Assembly (NCBI GenBank): GCA_964631415.1
Contig: CAZVZC010000033.1
Span: 1-25,596 of the forward strand
DNA from: an uncultured archaeon
GTDB lineage: Archaea > Asgardarchaeota > Thorarchaeia > Thorarchaeales > Thorarchaeaceae
Direction: 5' to 3'
DNA length: 25,596 bases
Below are positions 7,700 through 17,139 of this stretch, in pieces. The notes beneath the pieces are model-generated. The model was not told the DNA's origin and did no database searches. It saw only the letters and a list, made by a program, of their open reading frames with translations. The position numbers and the translations under genes were made by a program. The stretch's first letter is position 1. Every line of letters begins with the position of its first letter.

Positions 7700-8245
7700 C
7701 TAGGTCAGGCTGACTCCCATGGCTCTCTGCACAATCTGCCCTACTCCGAAACCGACCAACATATAGAAGTAAAAGAAGTACAGTCCAAAACCTGCGGCTG
7801 TGGGTTCGCCGATGAACCCATCGAGAAACGGCAGAAGCTTGTCGGCACTGAAGGGAATCACGGCGACGATATTGGACACACCACCTACGGAGTAGAAGCC
7901 AGATAACAGATAGAAGATCATCATGAACGGAATCATGAAGATCAGCAACGGCTTGCACCGAGCCCCCAGCATCTCCTTCTGGATCCTGTCTATGTATGCC
8001 TTCCTTCTTCTCACCTTGCGCAGCAGCTTCTCATCCTGTGTCTTCTGGGCCTTCTTCTGCATCTCCTGATACTGCTTTATCTCAATCTGATACCTCTTCA
8101 GCCGCCGAACGTCTGAGAACCGTTTCATTGCGAAGTTGCTCATGAGAGTAACACCCAATGAGACGGCCGTTATGAGCAAGCCGGCGTACGGGGGGTTTCG
8201 GAATATCTCGAACCACGCTACGAATGCGGCGAACAGGTCTTGCAT
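7700..8245 (-). CDS. EMC3/TMCO1 (DUF106, Oxa1 superfamily) membrane protein
   Basis: TM segment, then a basic coiled coil, then further TM segments (KPLLIFMIPF; FFYFYML); canonical position directly after adk. Confidence 0.9.
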   Translation of the reverse strand: MQDLFAAFVAWFEIFRNPPYAGLLITAVSLGVTLMSNFAMKRFSDVRRLKRYQIEIKQYQEMQKKAQKTQDEKLLRKVRRRKAYIDRIQKEMLGARCKPLLIFMIPFMMIFYLLSGFYSVGGVSNIVAVIPFSADKLLPFLDGFIGEPTAAGFGLYFFYFYMLVGFGVGQIVQRAMGVSLT

Positions 8246-8252
8246 CCTACGT

Positions 8253-8843
8253 CTACTCCATTAGCGTCTGATAGAGCTCTGCAGCAGCAGCCTCCACTTC
8301 GCCTTGGCGGTTCTTGATGACTCTCACAGTGGCCCCAGTGAGTGTGCCAACAGCGACTGCAGCAGCCCTGCACATCTGCTGATGAACTTCTATGTCCCCC
8401 ACATCCTGGCTATCACGGGCTCGGGTGGGGTCCTCACTTCTGCGGGCGGCAATCTTGTCTGGCTCTGCCTCAACCAACACAATGGTCTTGGGTTCAAGAG
8501 CAGTGACGACCCACTCAGGGAGCCCGATGAGATAGCCATTGCCCGTCTGAATCAGTGTATGTGTGTCCACTATGACCCTAGCGGACTTCGCTTTCTGGGC
8601 GATTGACTTGCCGGCCAGCTTCTGAATCTCCCTCTGCGTCTTTGTTTGCAGTTTCCTCATCTCGTCTCGGTCCTTCACCAAGCCCTTCTTCGACGCGACT
8701 TCGAACATGGCTGTCCCAAAGTTCAACACTAGGACAGTTTCATTGTGCTTCTTCTTCACCATGTCAACAGCTGTCGTGATCACAGTCGTCTTGCCAACAC
8801 CAGGGATTCCAGTGACAATGACTAGGCTGTTTCCTTCACCCAT
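8253..8843 (-). CDS. adkA: adenylate kinase (archaeal AdkA)
   Basis: IVTGIPGVGKTT, NFGTAM, DRDEMRKL, IVDTH, GYLIGLP; start trimmed to ATG 8843. Confidence 0.95.
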   Translation of the reverse strand: MGEGNSLVIVTGIPGVGKTTVITTAVDMVKKKHNETVLVLNFGTAMFEVASKKGLVKDRDEMRKLQTKTQREIQKLAGKSIAQKAKSARVIVDTHTLIQTGNGYLIGLPEWVVTALEPKTIVLVEAEPDKIAARRSEDPTRARDSQDVGDIEVHQQMCRAAAVAVGTLTGATVRVIKNRQGEVEAAAAELYQTLME

Positions 8844-9082
8844 TGGCCTGAACCACCAGTATTGAGGTTGTGCCCGCCTTCGTATGTCCTCGTTATATCT
8901 CCTTCTGTGGAAAGCCGGATTCATGCATGTTGGTCCCTCGACCATCGAACGCATGCCGGAGCAGCCAGAGCCTGAGCCCTCCAACAGAAACATCATTTAC
9001 CATCATCGGCTGGCCAGTCTGAATCAGAGTGCTGCGCCAAACTAGAGTGTTATAACAGAGTCAGGTCCGACACTCCACACCT

Positions 9083-10042
9083 GTGGTGACAGATATGTAT
9101 ACAGGCCCGTCTGTCCGTGTGAATTCCAGAACAGCTTGCTTGGTCATAGCTCTGTTCGCTTCTGCATTGATGCTCTTCCCATCCGTTGTCGCTGATTCAA
9201 GCTACACTCCGAGTACTCGGAGTGACCTCGCCGGTGTCCACGTGGTTGTCTATGCGGGCCCTGATGCTTTGAACCACAGCGGCCTAGCCCTATCGCAGTT
9301 GTTCAAATGGATGAATGCCACCGTTCAGCTTGTCACACCTGCTGAGGTCAAAGGCAGCATCTTAGATGATGTCGATATCATCGCCTTTCCCGGTGGCTTC
9401 TATTCCAGCTACATTCGCGACTTAGGCGAAAGTGGAAAACAGAAGGTCATTGACTTCGTAAGGAACGGTGGCTCTTACTTTGGGATCTGCGGGGGCTCAA
9501 TCTTTGGAGGGACCTCACTACGCTTCTTCAATGGGTCAATAAGGCTCGTGCATGAACCCGGGAACCCGATGCATCTGACAATCATGCATATCAACCGAAC
9601 GTCCACAGGTCCGGACCTCTCAGACTGCCCCGAGAACGTTTCAACGATGTACTGGACTTCATCGTACTTCTCTCCGCAGGAGGCTGTTGCAGTCATTCCC
9701 ATTGCACTATACGACTACAATGACCGCCTTGGCATGATAGCCTTCAACTACGGTCAAGGCACAGTGTTCCTGTCAAGTCCTCATCCTGAGTATGAGGAGG
9801 GGAGCGACCAAGACGGCACCACATTCGGCGATGAACTGAGTGATCCCGAGTCTGAGTGGGCTATTCTGCTCAGGGTTTCTACTTGGCTGGTCGATGCGTC
9901 GGTTGTTGAACCCACCTCGACATACGTTTCTGTAGACCCATTGCCAATTGGCATGTTATCCATTGGAACTGTCTTTGTGGTTATAGCTCTAGGTTTCTGG
10001 AGATGGAGAGCCGTAGCCAGAGGCAGTGCACATCCGGCATAG
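9083..10042 (+). CDS. BPL-N domain (class I glutamine amidotransferase-like) protein with predicted signal peptide and C-terminal membrane anchor
   Basis: FPGG, FVRNGGSYFGICGG nucleophile elbow, SSPHPE; hydrophobic N-terminal and C-terminal segments; TTATAA about 30 nt upstream. Confidence 0.8.
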   Translation: MVTDMYTGPSVRVNSRTACLVIALFASALMLFPSVVADSSYTPSTRSDLAGVHVVVYAGPDALNHSGLALSQLFKWMNATVQLVTPAEVKGSILDDVDIIAFPGGFYSSYIRDLGESGKQKVIDFVRNGGSYFGICGGSIFGGTSLRFFNGSIRLVHEPGNPMHLTIMHINRTSTGPDLSDCPENVSTMYWTSSYFSPQEAVAVIPIALYDYNDRLGMIAFNYGQGTVFLSSPHPEYEEGSDQDGTTFGDELSDPESEWAILLRVSTWLVDASVVEPTSTYVSVDPLPIGMLSIGTVFVVIALGFWRWRAVARGSAHPA

Positions 10043-10108
10043 GCACGGAGCACCATGTAGGCTATTTGCACAAGTGTTTGTGAAACACTAGATGATGAGT
10101 ATTCGTTT

Positions 10109-10150
10109 CCAAGTTCAAGCCGGGTCGAACATGTCGGCCCGGCTACTTGG
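10109..10150. terminator. strong stem-loop between convergent BPL-N gene and secY
   Basis: CCAAGT-(TCA)-AGCCGGGTCGA-ACATG-TCGGCCCGGCT-ACTTGG, 17 bp with a 3-nt bulge; no clear poly-T tract. Confidence 0.4.
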
Positions 10151-10164
10151 ACCGGTCGCTTATA

Positions 10165-11640
10165 CTAGACAAGGCCGAGCAGGCCCTGTATTCCTTCGCC
10201 ACCCATCTGTCTGAGCTGTTCTCTAGCAATCTGCTCATAGTACTGTTTGATGATTGACACCATTAGCAGTATCCCGGTGCCGCTCGTCAGCGCGCCCATC
10301 ACGTCTGCTGTAGCTGCGAGGATACCAATCAGTACTCCTCCGAGTCCTGCTACTACTGGAATGTATCGCTCGAGTAGTCTCTCCAGAACCTTCTCGCTCC
10401 GCCTGAAGCCCGGCACTATGTAGCCTGACTTCAGAAGCTGCCTCGATACGTCCCGCGGGGCTATGCCGGCGATGTCAATCCATATGCGGCTAAAGCCCCA
10501 GCACAGGAGTATCATGAACAGGGAGTAGAAGATGACATGGAACCAGCCGTCATACGGTTCCAATGTGAGGACCGAGAAGATGCCCTGTGGAGGCGTGATG
10601 TATCTCGCGAGACCGTATGTCGGCACCAGCCTGCCGCTCGTCGCGTCCTTCTCGAAGAGACCTATCAGGTTGAGGAATGGGTTGTTTCCGGCTGAGTTCC
10701 AAGCGTTGAAGATAATCTGGCTGAAGAAGATGATGTTGGCATAGAGTGCCTGTGCGAGAATCACTGGGATGTTCGATGTGTAGAGGAGTTTGATTGGATA
10801 CTTCGCTCTCATTCCCCTGTACTTGGCATACTGGAGGGGTATCTCAACTCGCATGGACTCCATATACAGGACTGCGAAGAATATCGCGAAGGTCACTGCA
10901 AGTGAGAAGATGCTTGGGTTCACGCCGTCTCTGATGACCAGCCAAGACGCGTCTACTGCAGGCAGGCCGCCAATGCCAAACCATCTTAGCAGGTTTGACA
11001 GCATTGCCGCGATTATGCCCTTCGGAAGACCTGTAGTGGCCTCGGTGTCGGTGACGTTCAGCATGTTGTACATGACCTCGCCGGCGACGTTGGTCATGAT
11101 GAAGAGCGACACACCCGAGCCGAGTCCCCAGCCCTTCTGGACGAGCTCGTCCATCAGGATGACCACCAACCCGGCGGTGAAGAGCTGTGCGAACACAAGC
11201 ACTGCGTTCTCTGGCGTGAGGGAACCGTAGGCACTCCCAAGTATGTATGCTGCTGCCTGAAATCCAGTCATCAGCATTGCTAGCACCTTCTGGCCGCCTG
11301 TGAATAGTGCTCTGTCCTCGGGGTCACTAAAGTCAACGTTGATTATCTTCGAACCTGAGAGGAGCTGCATTACCAGACCTGCAGTGACTATTGGCCCTAT
11401 GCCGAGCTCCATCAGAGTTCCCCTCGTGCTTGCGAGGATTACTCGCATCGCCCAAAGGTAGTCGGTGATTGCCGATTGGTCCACACCGTAGAGGGGCATG
11501 TGTGACATGATCAGGAACACGACAAGCACAAGAATAGTCCAGATCGCTTTCTCTCGGAAGGACACCTTGCGGCCTGGCGCCTTCACCTCTGGCATTATCC
11601 GGACCATGGGAGATAGGGCCTTCAAAAACGTAGATGGCAA
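10165..11640 (-). CDS. secY: preprotein translocase subunit SecY/Sec61 alpha
   Basis: GTLMELGIGPIVTAG, DELVQKGWGLGSGVSLFI, YPIKLLYTSNIPVIL, IVPGFR, SGTGILL; TTG start. Confidence 0.97.
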   Translation of the reverse strand: MPSTFLKALSPMVRIMPEVKAPGRKVSFREKAIWTILVLVVFLIMSHMPLYGVDQSAITDYLWAMRVILASTRGTLMELGIGPIVTAGLVMQLLSGSKIINVDFSDPEDRALFTGGQKVLAMLMTGFQAAAYILGSAYGSLTPENAVLVFAQLFTAGLVVILMDELVQKGWGLGSGVSLFIMTNVAGEVMYNMLNVTDTEATTGLPKGIIAAMLSNLLRWFGIGGLPAVDASWLVIRDGVNPSIFSLAVTFAIFFAVLYMESMRVEIPLQYAKYRGMRAKYPIKLLYTSNIPVILAQALYANIIFFSQIIFNAWNSAGNNPFLNLIGLFEKDATSGRLVPTYGLARYITPPQGIFSVLTLEPYDGWFHVIFYSLFMILLCWGFSRIWIDIAGIAPRDVSRQLLKSGYIVPGFRRSEKVLERLLERYIPVVAGLGGVLIGILAATADVMGALTSGTGILLMVSIIKQYYEQIAREQLRQMGGEGIQGLLGLV

Positions 11641-11688
11641 CTGACCTATGGTCTCCTGCAGGTTTTCTCAGCGAACATCTGGGCTGGG

Positions 11689-11698
11689 CCTTTAAACA
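11689..11698 (-). promoter_or_regulatory. putative TATA box for secY
   Basis: TGTTTAAAGG about 50 nt upstream of the secY TTG. Confidence 0.55.
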
Positions 11699-11865
11699 TA
11701 GTGGTGGCCCCAGCACCACATAGGCTGCTGAACACAGATGTCACTCATTCGCACCTGTGCTCGCTAGCCAGTCACTCCTTAGATGAGCCCTGGTCGTGTG
11801 GTCATTTGGTGCTCACGCAACACAGGACCTGAACATGGTCTGCTGGAGGCACCATGGTATGTCTG

Positions 11866-12315
11866 TCACTCTTCCGGTAGGTCTACTGAGCCCCCGACAC
11901 TGGTGAGCTTCTCCCTTGCACCAGAAGTGATCACTTTGACACCTGTGAGGTTGAGCTCATGTGTGACCTTCCCCGAGCCTAGCACCTTGTCAACACCCAG
12001 ACGTCCCATGTCGATTGTGTATGCAGTGCCAGACTTGGTTGCGAATCCCTTGGCCACAAGCCGGTCTACAGCCTCATCCAAGTCGCCTACGTTGATGGTC
12101 TTAACAGGACTGACGATTCCTTCAGGACGCTTGAAGCCATGCTTCCCAAAGTAGTGCGGATTCATTTTCATTGTGCGTATCCTGTCGCCTTTCTCACTCC
12201 CCGCCATGCCCTGACCTCCTCTCTGTCCTGAGGCTCGGTGCCCGGCGCCATCCCCGTAGCCGGCGTTCCTCTGTCCTCTCAGATTGCGCATCTTCTTTTC
12301 CTTTCGGTTGTACAT
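11866..12315 (-). CDS. rpl15: 50S ribosomal protein uL15
   Basis: HRASGQRGGQGMAG, YFGKHGFKRP, INVGDL, KVLGSG; located directly before secY. Confidence 0.93.
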   Translation of the reverse strand: MYNRKEKKMRNLRGQRNAGYGDGAGHRASGQRGGQGMAGSEKGDRIRTMKMNPHYFGKHGFKRPEGIVSPVKTINVGDLDEAVDRLVAKGFATKSGTAYTIDMGRLGVDKVLGSGKVTHELNLTGVKVITSGAREKLTSVGGSVDLPEE

Positions 12316-12332
12316 CGTGGGCCTCTCCAGTC

Positions 12333-12893
12333 CTATGCTTTTTTGAGACGTACCTCAAGGACTCCGTTGCGAAGGGCAGACTTCGCCTCATCCCTCTTGA
12401 CCTTGGCAGGAAGCTCCACCTCTCTGTGGTAGGGCCGTTCAGGATTGCTGACATCCAAAGTGAGTATCTTTCCCTTGACACTGACCTTGACCTGATCCTT
12501 CTCAACACCAGGTAGGTCTGCTACGACTATGATCTCCTCTTTCTCATCAATGACATCCACTAGCGGCTCGAAACGAGGAGTCATTCGTTCACCGGGCTGT
12601 TCTGGGAGTTTGTTGCCAAACTTCTGAATCACGGGCTTTCCGTCTGGTCCGACCCTGACTGAGAATCCGAACACGAATGGGTTCACCCCTTGCGGGTTCT
12701 TCATGAACTCTTCCATGAAGCGTTGGTCAAACATGCTGCCATCACCCATCTGTCTGAGCATCTTATCCATCATGTCCTCGATGTTCTTGAGTGCCTCTTC
12801 AGGCAGAAACTCTCCGAGCCATCTGCGTAGCTGCTTGCTTGGTTCGTCATCGTCATGATCATCGTCAAAGTCAAACGGTTCATCCCGTGGCAT
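12333..12893 (-). CDS. hsp20: small heat-shock protein Hsp20 (alpha-crystallin domain)
   Basis: PFVFGFSVRVGPDGKPVIQKFGN, EPLVDVID, VVADLPGVEK, ALRNGVLEVRLKK. Confidence 0.93.
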   Translation of the reverse strand: MPRDEPFDFDDDHDDDEPSKQLRRWLGEFLPEEALKNIEDMMDKMLRQMGDGSMFDQRFMEEFMKNPQGVNPFVFGFSVRVGPDGKPVIQKFGNKLPEQPGERMTPRFEPLVDVIDEKEEIIVVADLPGVEKDQVKVSVKGKILTLDVSNPERPYHREVELPAKVKRDEAKSALRNGVLEVRLKKA

Positions 12894-12914
12894 GCCTTTA
12901 CACCTCAGCAGTAC

Positions 12915-13397
12915 TCATATCATGCGTAGCGCAAGCTCGTTTATGGCTTGCCCTCTGTTACCTGTCACACCACCCATACCGACAGGGACCTGTATCCGCC
13001 CCTTGAACCCCTTCTTGGGCGGCGTCAGTCTAAAGACCGGCTTGAGTCCGTCAATGTCTGAGATGCTTGCGGCCCCTGATGCTAGAGCCTTCGCGAAAGC
13101 CTCCATCGACTTGTAACTGGAGTTCTTCTTGACATACTCATCACTCAGGGACTTATTGCCCGGTATGCGGCCCCGCTTTGAAACAAGCAATACAGCAGTT
13201 GCTTCGGATATTGGTCCCCAGGTGATGTAGTCCTTTGCTCTCACTATCATGCCCCGAAGGCTCGGCGTCAGTTTGATTACTCTTGCTTGGTGCACCCTCC
13301 CGAGTTTCAGCTTCCCAAGAGTGTCCTCTATCTCAGGTGCTACTCGTGGGAGTCCTCTCAGTCGTATCGCCAGAATCACACTCTCTTTTCCACTCAT
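12915..13397 (-). CDS. rpl30: 50S ribosomal protein uL30
   Basis: AIRLRG, GMIVRAKDYITWG, LKPVFRLTPPKKGF, GNRGQAINEL; ATG 13397 overlaps the rps5 stop. Confidence 0.95.
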   Translation of the reverse strand: MSGKESVILAIRLRGLPRVAPEIEDTLGKLKLGRVHQARVIKLTPSLRGMIVRAKDYITWGPISEATAVLLVSKRGRIPGNKSLSDEYVKKNSSYKSMEAFAKALASGAASISDIDGLKPVFRLTPPKKGFKGRIQVPVGMGGVTGNRGQAINELALRMI

Positions 13398-14074
13398 GTG
13401 CCATACACCCCTGCGGATGCCCACTCTTGGGGCGGCAACATCCGGTACGTCTTCGTGAGAGCATACACGAACGCCTTGGCGAAGTTGGAGGATGTGCGAG
13501 ATCGGCCTTTGGTTATCGACCAGACGTCCTTCAGGCCGGCAATCCTCAACACCAGCTTTCCGACGTCCGCTGTCACTAGACCTGTTCCCTTTGGTGCAGG
13601 CTTGAGTTCGACCCATACAGACCCTGACGCTCCACGGACTTCGAACGGGATGCTGTGGAGATCGTCACATCTACATTCCCAGGACCCGCAGCCTCTCCGG
13701 AAGACGGTGATATTCTGCTTGGCTCTGGCCTCTGCTGCTCTGACTGCTGGAACAAACTCTGGTGCTTTGCCCACACCAACTCCTATGACTCCTTCGCCAT
13801 TACCGACGACAACCGTGATGCGGAAGCTCCTCAACTCACCAGAGTCCGACTGTCGCTGGACCATGCTGACATCAACGACCTCCTGTCTGAGCTCTGGAAA
13901 GAGGGAATCCACAATCTCTGATTCCCGTATGATGTAGTTGTTGGCGAGAATCTCCTCTAGGCTGTTGACGTGGCCTTCCTTCACCATTTGCCCTAGTCTT
14001 GTTCTTGGAGTCCACTCCTTTAGAGGTTCTTCCTCAACACGGGGTGCTCGACGTCTTCTCTGCTTGCTACTCAT
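13394..14074 (-). CDS. rps5: 30S ribosomal protein uS5
   Basis: WTPRTRLGQMV, VVGNGEG, RRGCGSWEC, PAPKGTGLV. Confidence 0.97.
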   Translation of the reverse strand: MSSKQRRRRAPRVEEEPLKEWTPRTRLGQMVKEGHVNSLEEILANNYIIRESEIVDSLFPELRQEVVDVSMVQRQSDSGELRSFRITVVVGNGEGVIGVGVGKAPEFVPAVRAAEARAKQNITVFRRGCGSWECRCDDLHSIPFEVRGASGSVWVELKPAPKGTGLVTADVGKLVLRIAGLKDVWSITKGRSRTSSNFAKAFVYALTKTYRMLPPQEWASAGVYGT

Positions 14075-14080
14075 CGCTGC

Positions 14081-14857
14081 TCATCCCTTGCTCTTGCCTC
14101 CCCTGCCTTTCTTCCCTTTGCCCTTAGCAACCAACTTCCTTGGCTTGGGCTTCGTGGGCTTGGCACGAGGAGCTCTTTCAACAACCTTCACCTTCTTGAC
14201 TTTCCCGACTGCCTTCTTTGCAGGAGCTGCCTTGGCTTTCGCCGCAACGGGCTTCTTCTGCACCTTCAGTTCTGCAGGCGAGATCTCAAGCAGCTTTTTC
14301 TTCACTGTCTGGAACTGCTTCGGAACAGCCTCGATGTCTACCTTCTCTCCTTCGAGCCGAGTGAACATGTGTCCTGTTCCCGGGTCCTCCTTGAAGTGCG
14401 CGTACCCTGCGGATATGTGCTTCCCTGTTATTCTCTCCTCATCTGGAAGCACTTCGGGATCATGAGGCACTTGTAGACCTGCATCGATTGCTCCCTTCAA
14501 GGCCGCATAAACTCTCGACCCCTTCACCGGTGGGTTGAGACCTATGTCGAGTACTGCAGACTCCACGCCCCTCTCTCGGGCTCTTCGTCCAGCCAAGAGG
14601 CCTGTCAGGTATGCAGCAGGCACGTTAGCCGTCGCATAGGACCACCCATGGTTTCGCAGTTCCTTCGACATCGCAGAAGCCAGTGTCTTGTCACCGATCA
14701 CTTCGGCATTGACCACTTGAACAATCGTGTTTGTGTTCGTCTTCCTGACGACAAGACGCGGTCGCCTAGAGATCAGAAGGCGACGTCTCCTGTAGTAGTC
14801 TGTCTTACCCTCTAGGCGTCTTCGGAACTTCACCCGATATGTTGGGCCCTGTGCCAT
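14081..14857 (-). CDS. rpl18: 50S ribosomal protein uL18 with Lys-rich C-terminal tail
   Basis: GPTYRVKFRRRLEGKTDY, RLVVRKTN, AAYLTGLL, VLDIGL, ALKGAIDAGL. Confidence 0.96.
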   Translation of the reverse strand: MAQGPTYRVKFRRRLEGKTDYYRRRRLLISRRPRLVVRKTNTNTIVQVVNAEVIGDKTLASAMSKELRNHGWSYATANVPAAYLTGLLAGRRARERGVESAVLDIGLNPPVKGSRVYAALKGAIDAGLQVPHDPEVLPDEERITGKHISAGYAHFKEDPGTGHMFTRLEGEKVDIEAVPKQFQTVKKKLLEISPAELKVQKKPVAAKAKAAPAKKAVGKVKKVKVVERAPRAKPTKPKPRKLVAKGKGKKGRGGKSKG

Positions 14858-15309
14858 TACCGTGACACCTCCAGTTTGTGGTCTGCGATGTGGGCCCTCA
14901 GATGTGCCGTGTTCCTGAAGGAGTTACCCTTGGCCCTCAAGTACAGCTCGCGATAGACCCTGCTTGTGATCTTGCCTTCTGCTCTGAGCTTCTGTAGTTC
15001 GTGACGCATTGGTCGGATCTTCATCATCCAACGGTCCTTGCCCGTCAGGAGTGCATGCTGCTTGCCTTTCTTGCTTCCCTGACCACTTCTTCGACCCTTG
15101 CGTTTCTGCTCCATGCGGAATCGCGCACGCCCTCTGCTGACTCCTATCTTCTGGTGAGGCTGGATGGCACCTTCTTCTACAAGACGTCGTACGTCGTTCT
15201 TGGTTATGGCGAGGGAAACCTCATCCTGGAAGTTCGGGTCTATCCACACTCTGGTCGTCCCTACTTTCATCACATGAGCAGCGAGTCGTTTCTGAATGGT
15301 GAGCTTCAT
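14857..15309 (-). CDS. rpl19e: 50S ribosomal protein eL19
   Basis: QKRLAA..VWIDP, GVSRGRAR, WMMKIR, YRELYLRAKGNSF. Confidence 0.96.
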   Translation of the reverse strand: MKLTIQKRLAAHVMKVGTTRVWIDPNFQDEVSLAITKNDVRRLVEEGAIQPHQKIGVSRGRARFRMEQKRKGRRSGQGSKKGKQHALLTGKDRWMMKIRPMRHELQKLRAEGKITSRVYRELYLRAKGNSFRNTAHLRAHIADHKLEVSR

Positions 15310-16148
15310 GTCTTCTCAGCCTCCGTGTCAAGCTCGGAGAACAGCTCCTCCTCGCCCACAGCCTCTGGAGTGCCGGGGTTGAGGACTCTGAGAAGCATTG
15401 CCTCTGCCTTCTTCAGAATCTCTTGACGCTTTCTCAAGCCAACGGTGCCACCAATACGTATTGCATGCATCTGAGGGTCTAGCCCCTCGAGCTCCATAGC
15501 ACGACAGACAGGCACCTCGATGTACATTGAGGGATGTATGTCCCTGGTCAGTCTTGGCGTCCGGTATCCCGCAGCAACCATGGCGATACGTCCCTTGCGT
15601 TTCTGTCGCGTGAAGCTGTCATTACCTCGTACTTTCCTCCACGAGTTGTTTAGCTTCATCCAACGATGAGCATTCTCGCGGCGAAACTCTGGGAGCCTGC
15701 GCTTCTTCTCCATAGCGATCCTGAAGATTCTTTGGTCGACTAGGCTCCTTCTTGCAGGGGCTTCCGGCTCAGCCTCCTTCTTCTTGATTACTTTGACCTT
15801 CGTAGGCTTCTCTGCTGACTCTTCTGCCGCCTTCCTCCTTCGGGCTGGTGGCTTTGTGACCTCAGCTTCTGGCTCAAACTCAGGGGCTTTCTTCCTGGCA
15901 GGTGCCTTTTCGGCCTCTTCGACCTTTGCAGCAGCCTTCTTCCTGGGCGCTCTTTTTGGTTTCTCCGCCCCGACAGCAGCTTCTTGGATCACAGTTCCAG
16001 TGACAGGCTTCGCTTCAGCCTTCTTCGAATCTGTCTTCTTCTGGACTTTACTGACCTTCTTAGGCTTCACCTTCGCTGGTTCAGTCTCTGAAATGTCTTC
16101 AGGCTTCTCTGCCGGGTTCTCCTTGTCAGTCTTTGACGCTCTTGGCAT
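15306..16148 (-). CDS. rpl32e: 50S ribosomal protein eL32 with long low-complexity N-terminal extension
   Basis: C-terminal half: PEFRRE, SWRKVRGNDS, GYRTPR..IHPS, IGGTVGLRKR, RVLNP; canonical position between uL6 and eL19. Confidence 0.93.
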   Translation of the reverse strand: MPRASKTDKENPAEKPEDISETEPAKVKPKKVSKVQKKTDSKKAEAKPVTGTVIQEAAVGAEKPKRAPRKKAAAKVEEAEKAPARKKAPEFEPEAEVTKPPARRRKAAEESAEKPTKVKVIKKKEAEPEAPARRSLVDQRIFRIAMEKKRRLPEFRRENAHRWMKLNNSWRKVRGNDSFTRQKRKGRIAMVAAGYRTPRLTRDIHPSMYIEVPVCRAMELEGLDPQMHAIRIGGTVGLRKRQEILKKAEAMLLRVLNPGTPEAVGEEELFSELDTEAEKT

Positions 16149-16159
16149 GGCCTCGCCTC

Positions 16160-16720
16160 CTATACGACAGACTTCTGGACATCACCCTTGCGTTTCTTGA
16201 GGACGTAGATACCGTCCAAGAAGACACGTCTGTCCTTCTTTCTGATCCGAGTGGCATTCTGAATGTTGGCAGCACTCTGTGCAACGTCTTCAATGCTGAT
16301 TCCAGATATTGTGATGTCCTCTTCGGTCACCAGCGCTTGAACATCTCCAATCAATCTGGTCTTTCTGATACCCCGTTCTCCGATGAGGTTCTTGACGGCC
16401 ACATCTTTACCCTTGACCTCTACAGAGATCGGGAAGTGGGAGTAGACAACCTTCAGCTGGTACTCATATCCGAGTTGCACTCCGACCAGCATATTGCGTA
16501 CGTGTGCAGCTATCGTGCCCACTAACGCTCTTGCTCGCTTCCGAGCCACGTCTGTGCTGGCTACGAGTTCACCGCCTTCTATCTTTATGTGGGCGTATGG
16601 CTCCGGGAAGGTTCTCTCAAGCGTGCCCTTTGGACCTTTGACAGTGACTGTCTTGTCACTTAGGGTGACTTGGCAAGTGCTTGGTATCTCTATGCGTTTC
16701 TCGTAGACGTCATTGACCAT
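16160..16720 (-). CDS. rpl6: 50S ribosomal protein uL6
   Basis: VKGPKGTLER, VYSHFPI, NLIGE, DRRVFLDGIY. Confidence 0.97.
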   Translation of the reverse strand: MVNDVYEKRIEIPSTCQVTLSDKTVTVKGPKGTLERTFPEPYAHIKIEGGELVASTDVARKRARALVGTIAAHVRNMLVGVQLGYEYQLKVVYSHFPISVEVKGKDVAVKNLIGERGIRKTRLIGDVQALVTEEDITISGISIEDVAQSAANIQNATRIRKKDRRVFLDGIYVLKKRKGDVQKSVV

Positions 16721-16731
16721 GACTAGGCCTC

Positions 16732-17124
16732 CTAGTACACAAATGCGAGCAGTCTTCCTCCAATCCCACGACTCTTTGCATCGTCGTGAGTCATGACACC
16801 CTGGGGTGTGGTCACTATTAGTATCCCATAGTTATAGGCCGGGAGAAACCTCTTTTCATACTTCTCGAAGCCATCACGCTTGACAGGAAACCTTGGCCTA
16901 ATCACGCCGCACTTGTTCGTTCGTCCCATGAGTTGTATCCGGAACCTGCCTTCCCTGCCGTCATCGATTCTCTCGAACTCTCCGATGTAGCCCCTTGTCT
17001 GCATGACTTGCAGTACTCTCCCCACCAGGGTCGATGCCGGTGCGATCACGACCTCCGGTTTCCCAATGACCTCATTGTTGTATATGGTCGACATTGCATC
17101 AGCCAATGGATCTAGCAGTGTCAT
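16732..17124 (-). CDS. rps8: 30S ribosomal protein uS8
   Basis: [45 protein letters not shown]. Confidence 0.97.
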   Translation of the reverse strand: MTLLDPLADAMSTIYNNEVIGKPEVVIAPASTLVGRVLQVMQTRGYIGEFERIDDGREGRFRIQLMGRTNKCGVIRPRFPVKRDGFEKYEKRFLPAYNYGILIVTTPQGVMTHDDAKSRGIGGRLLAFVY

Positions 17125-17139
17125 TCTCTTCATGACCCC

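Noticed and set aside
10092-10160. Box C-like ATGATGA suggesting a C/D sRNA
   Set aside because: No CTGA box D at a suitable distance downstream
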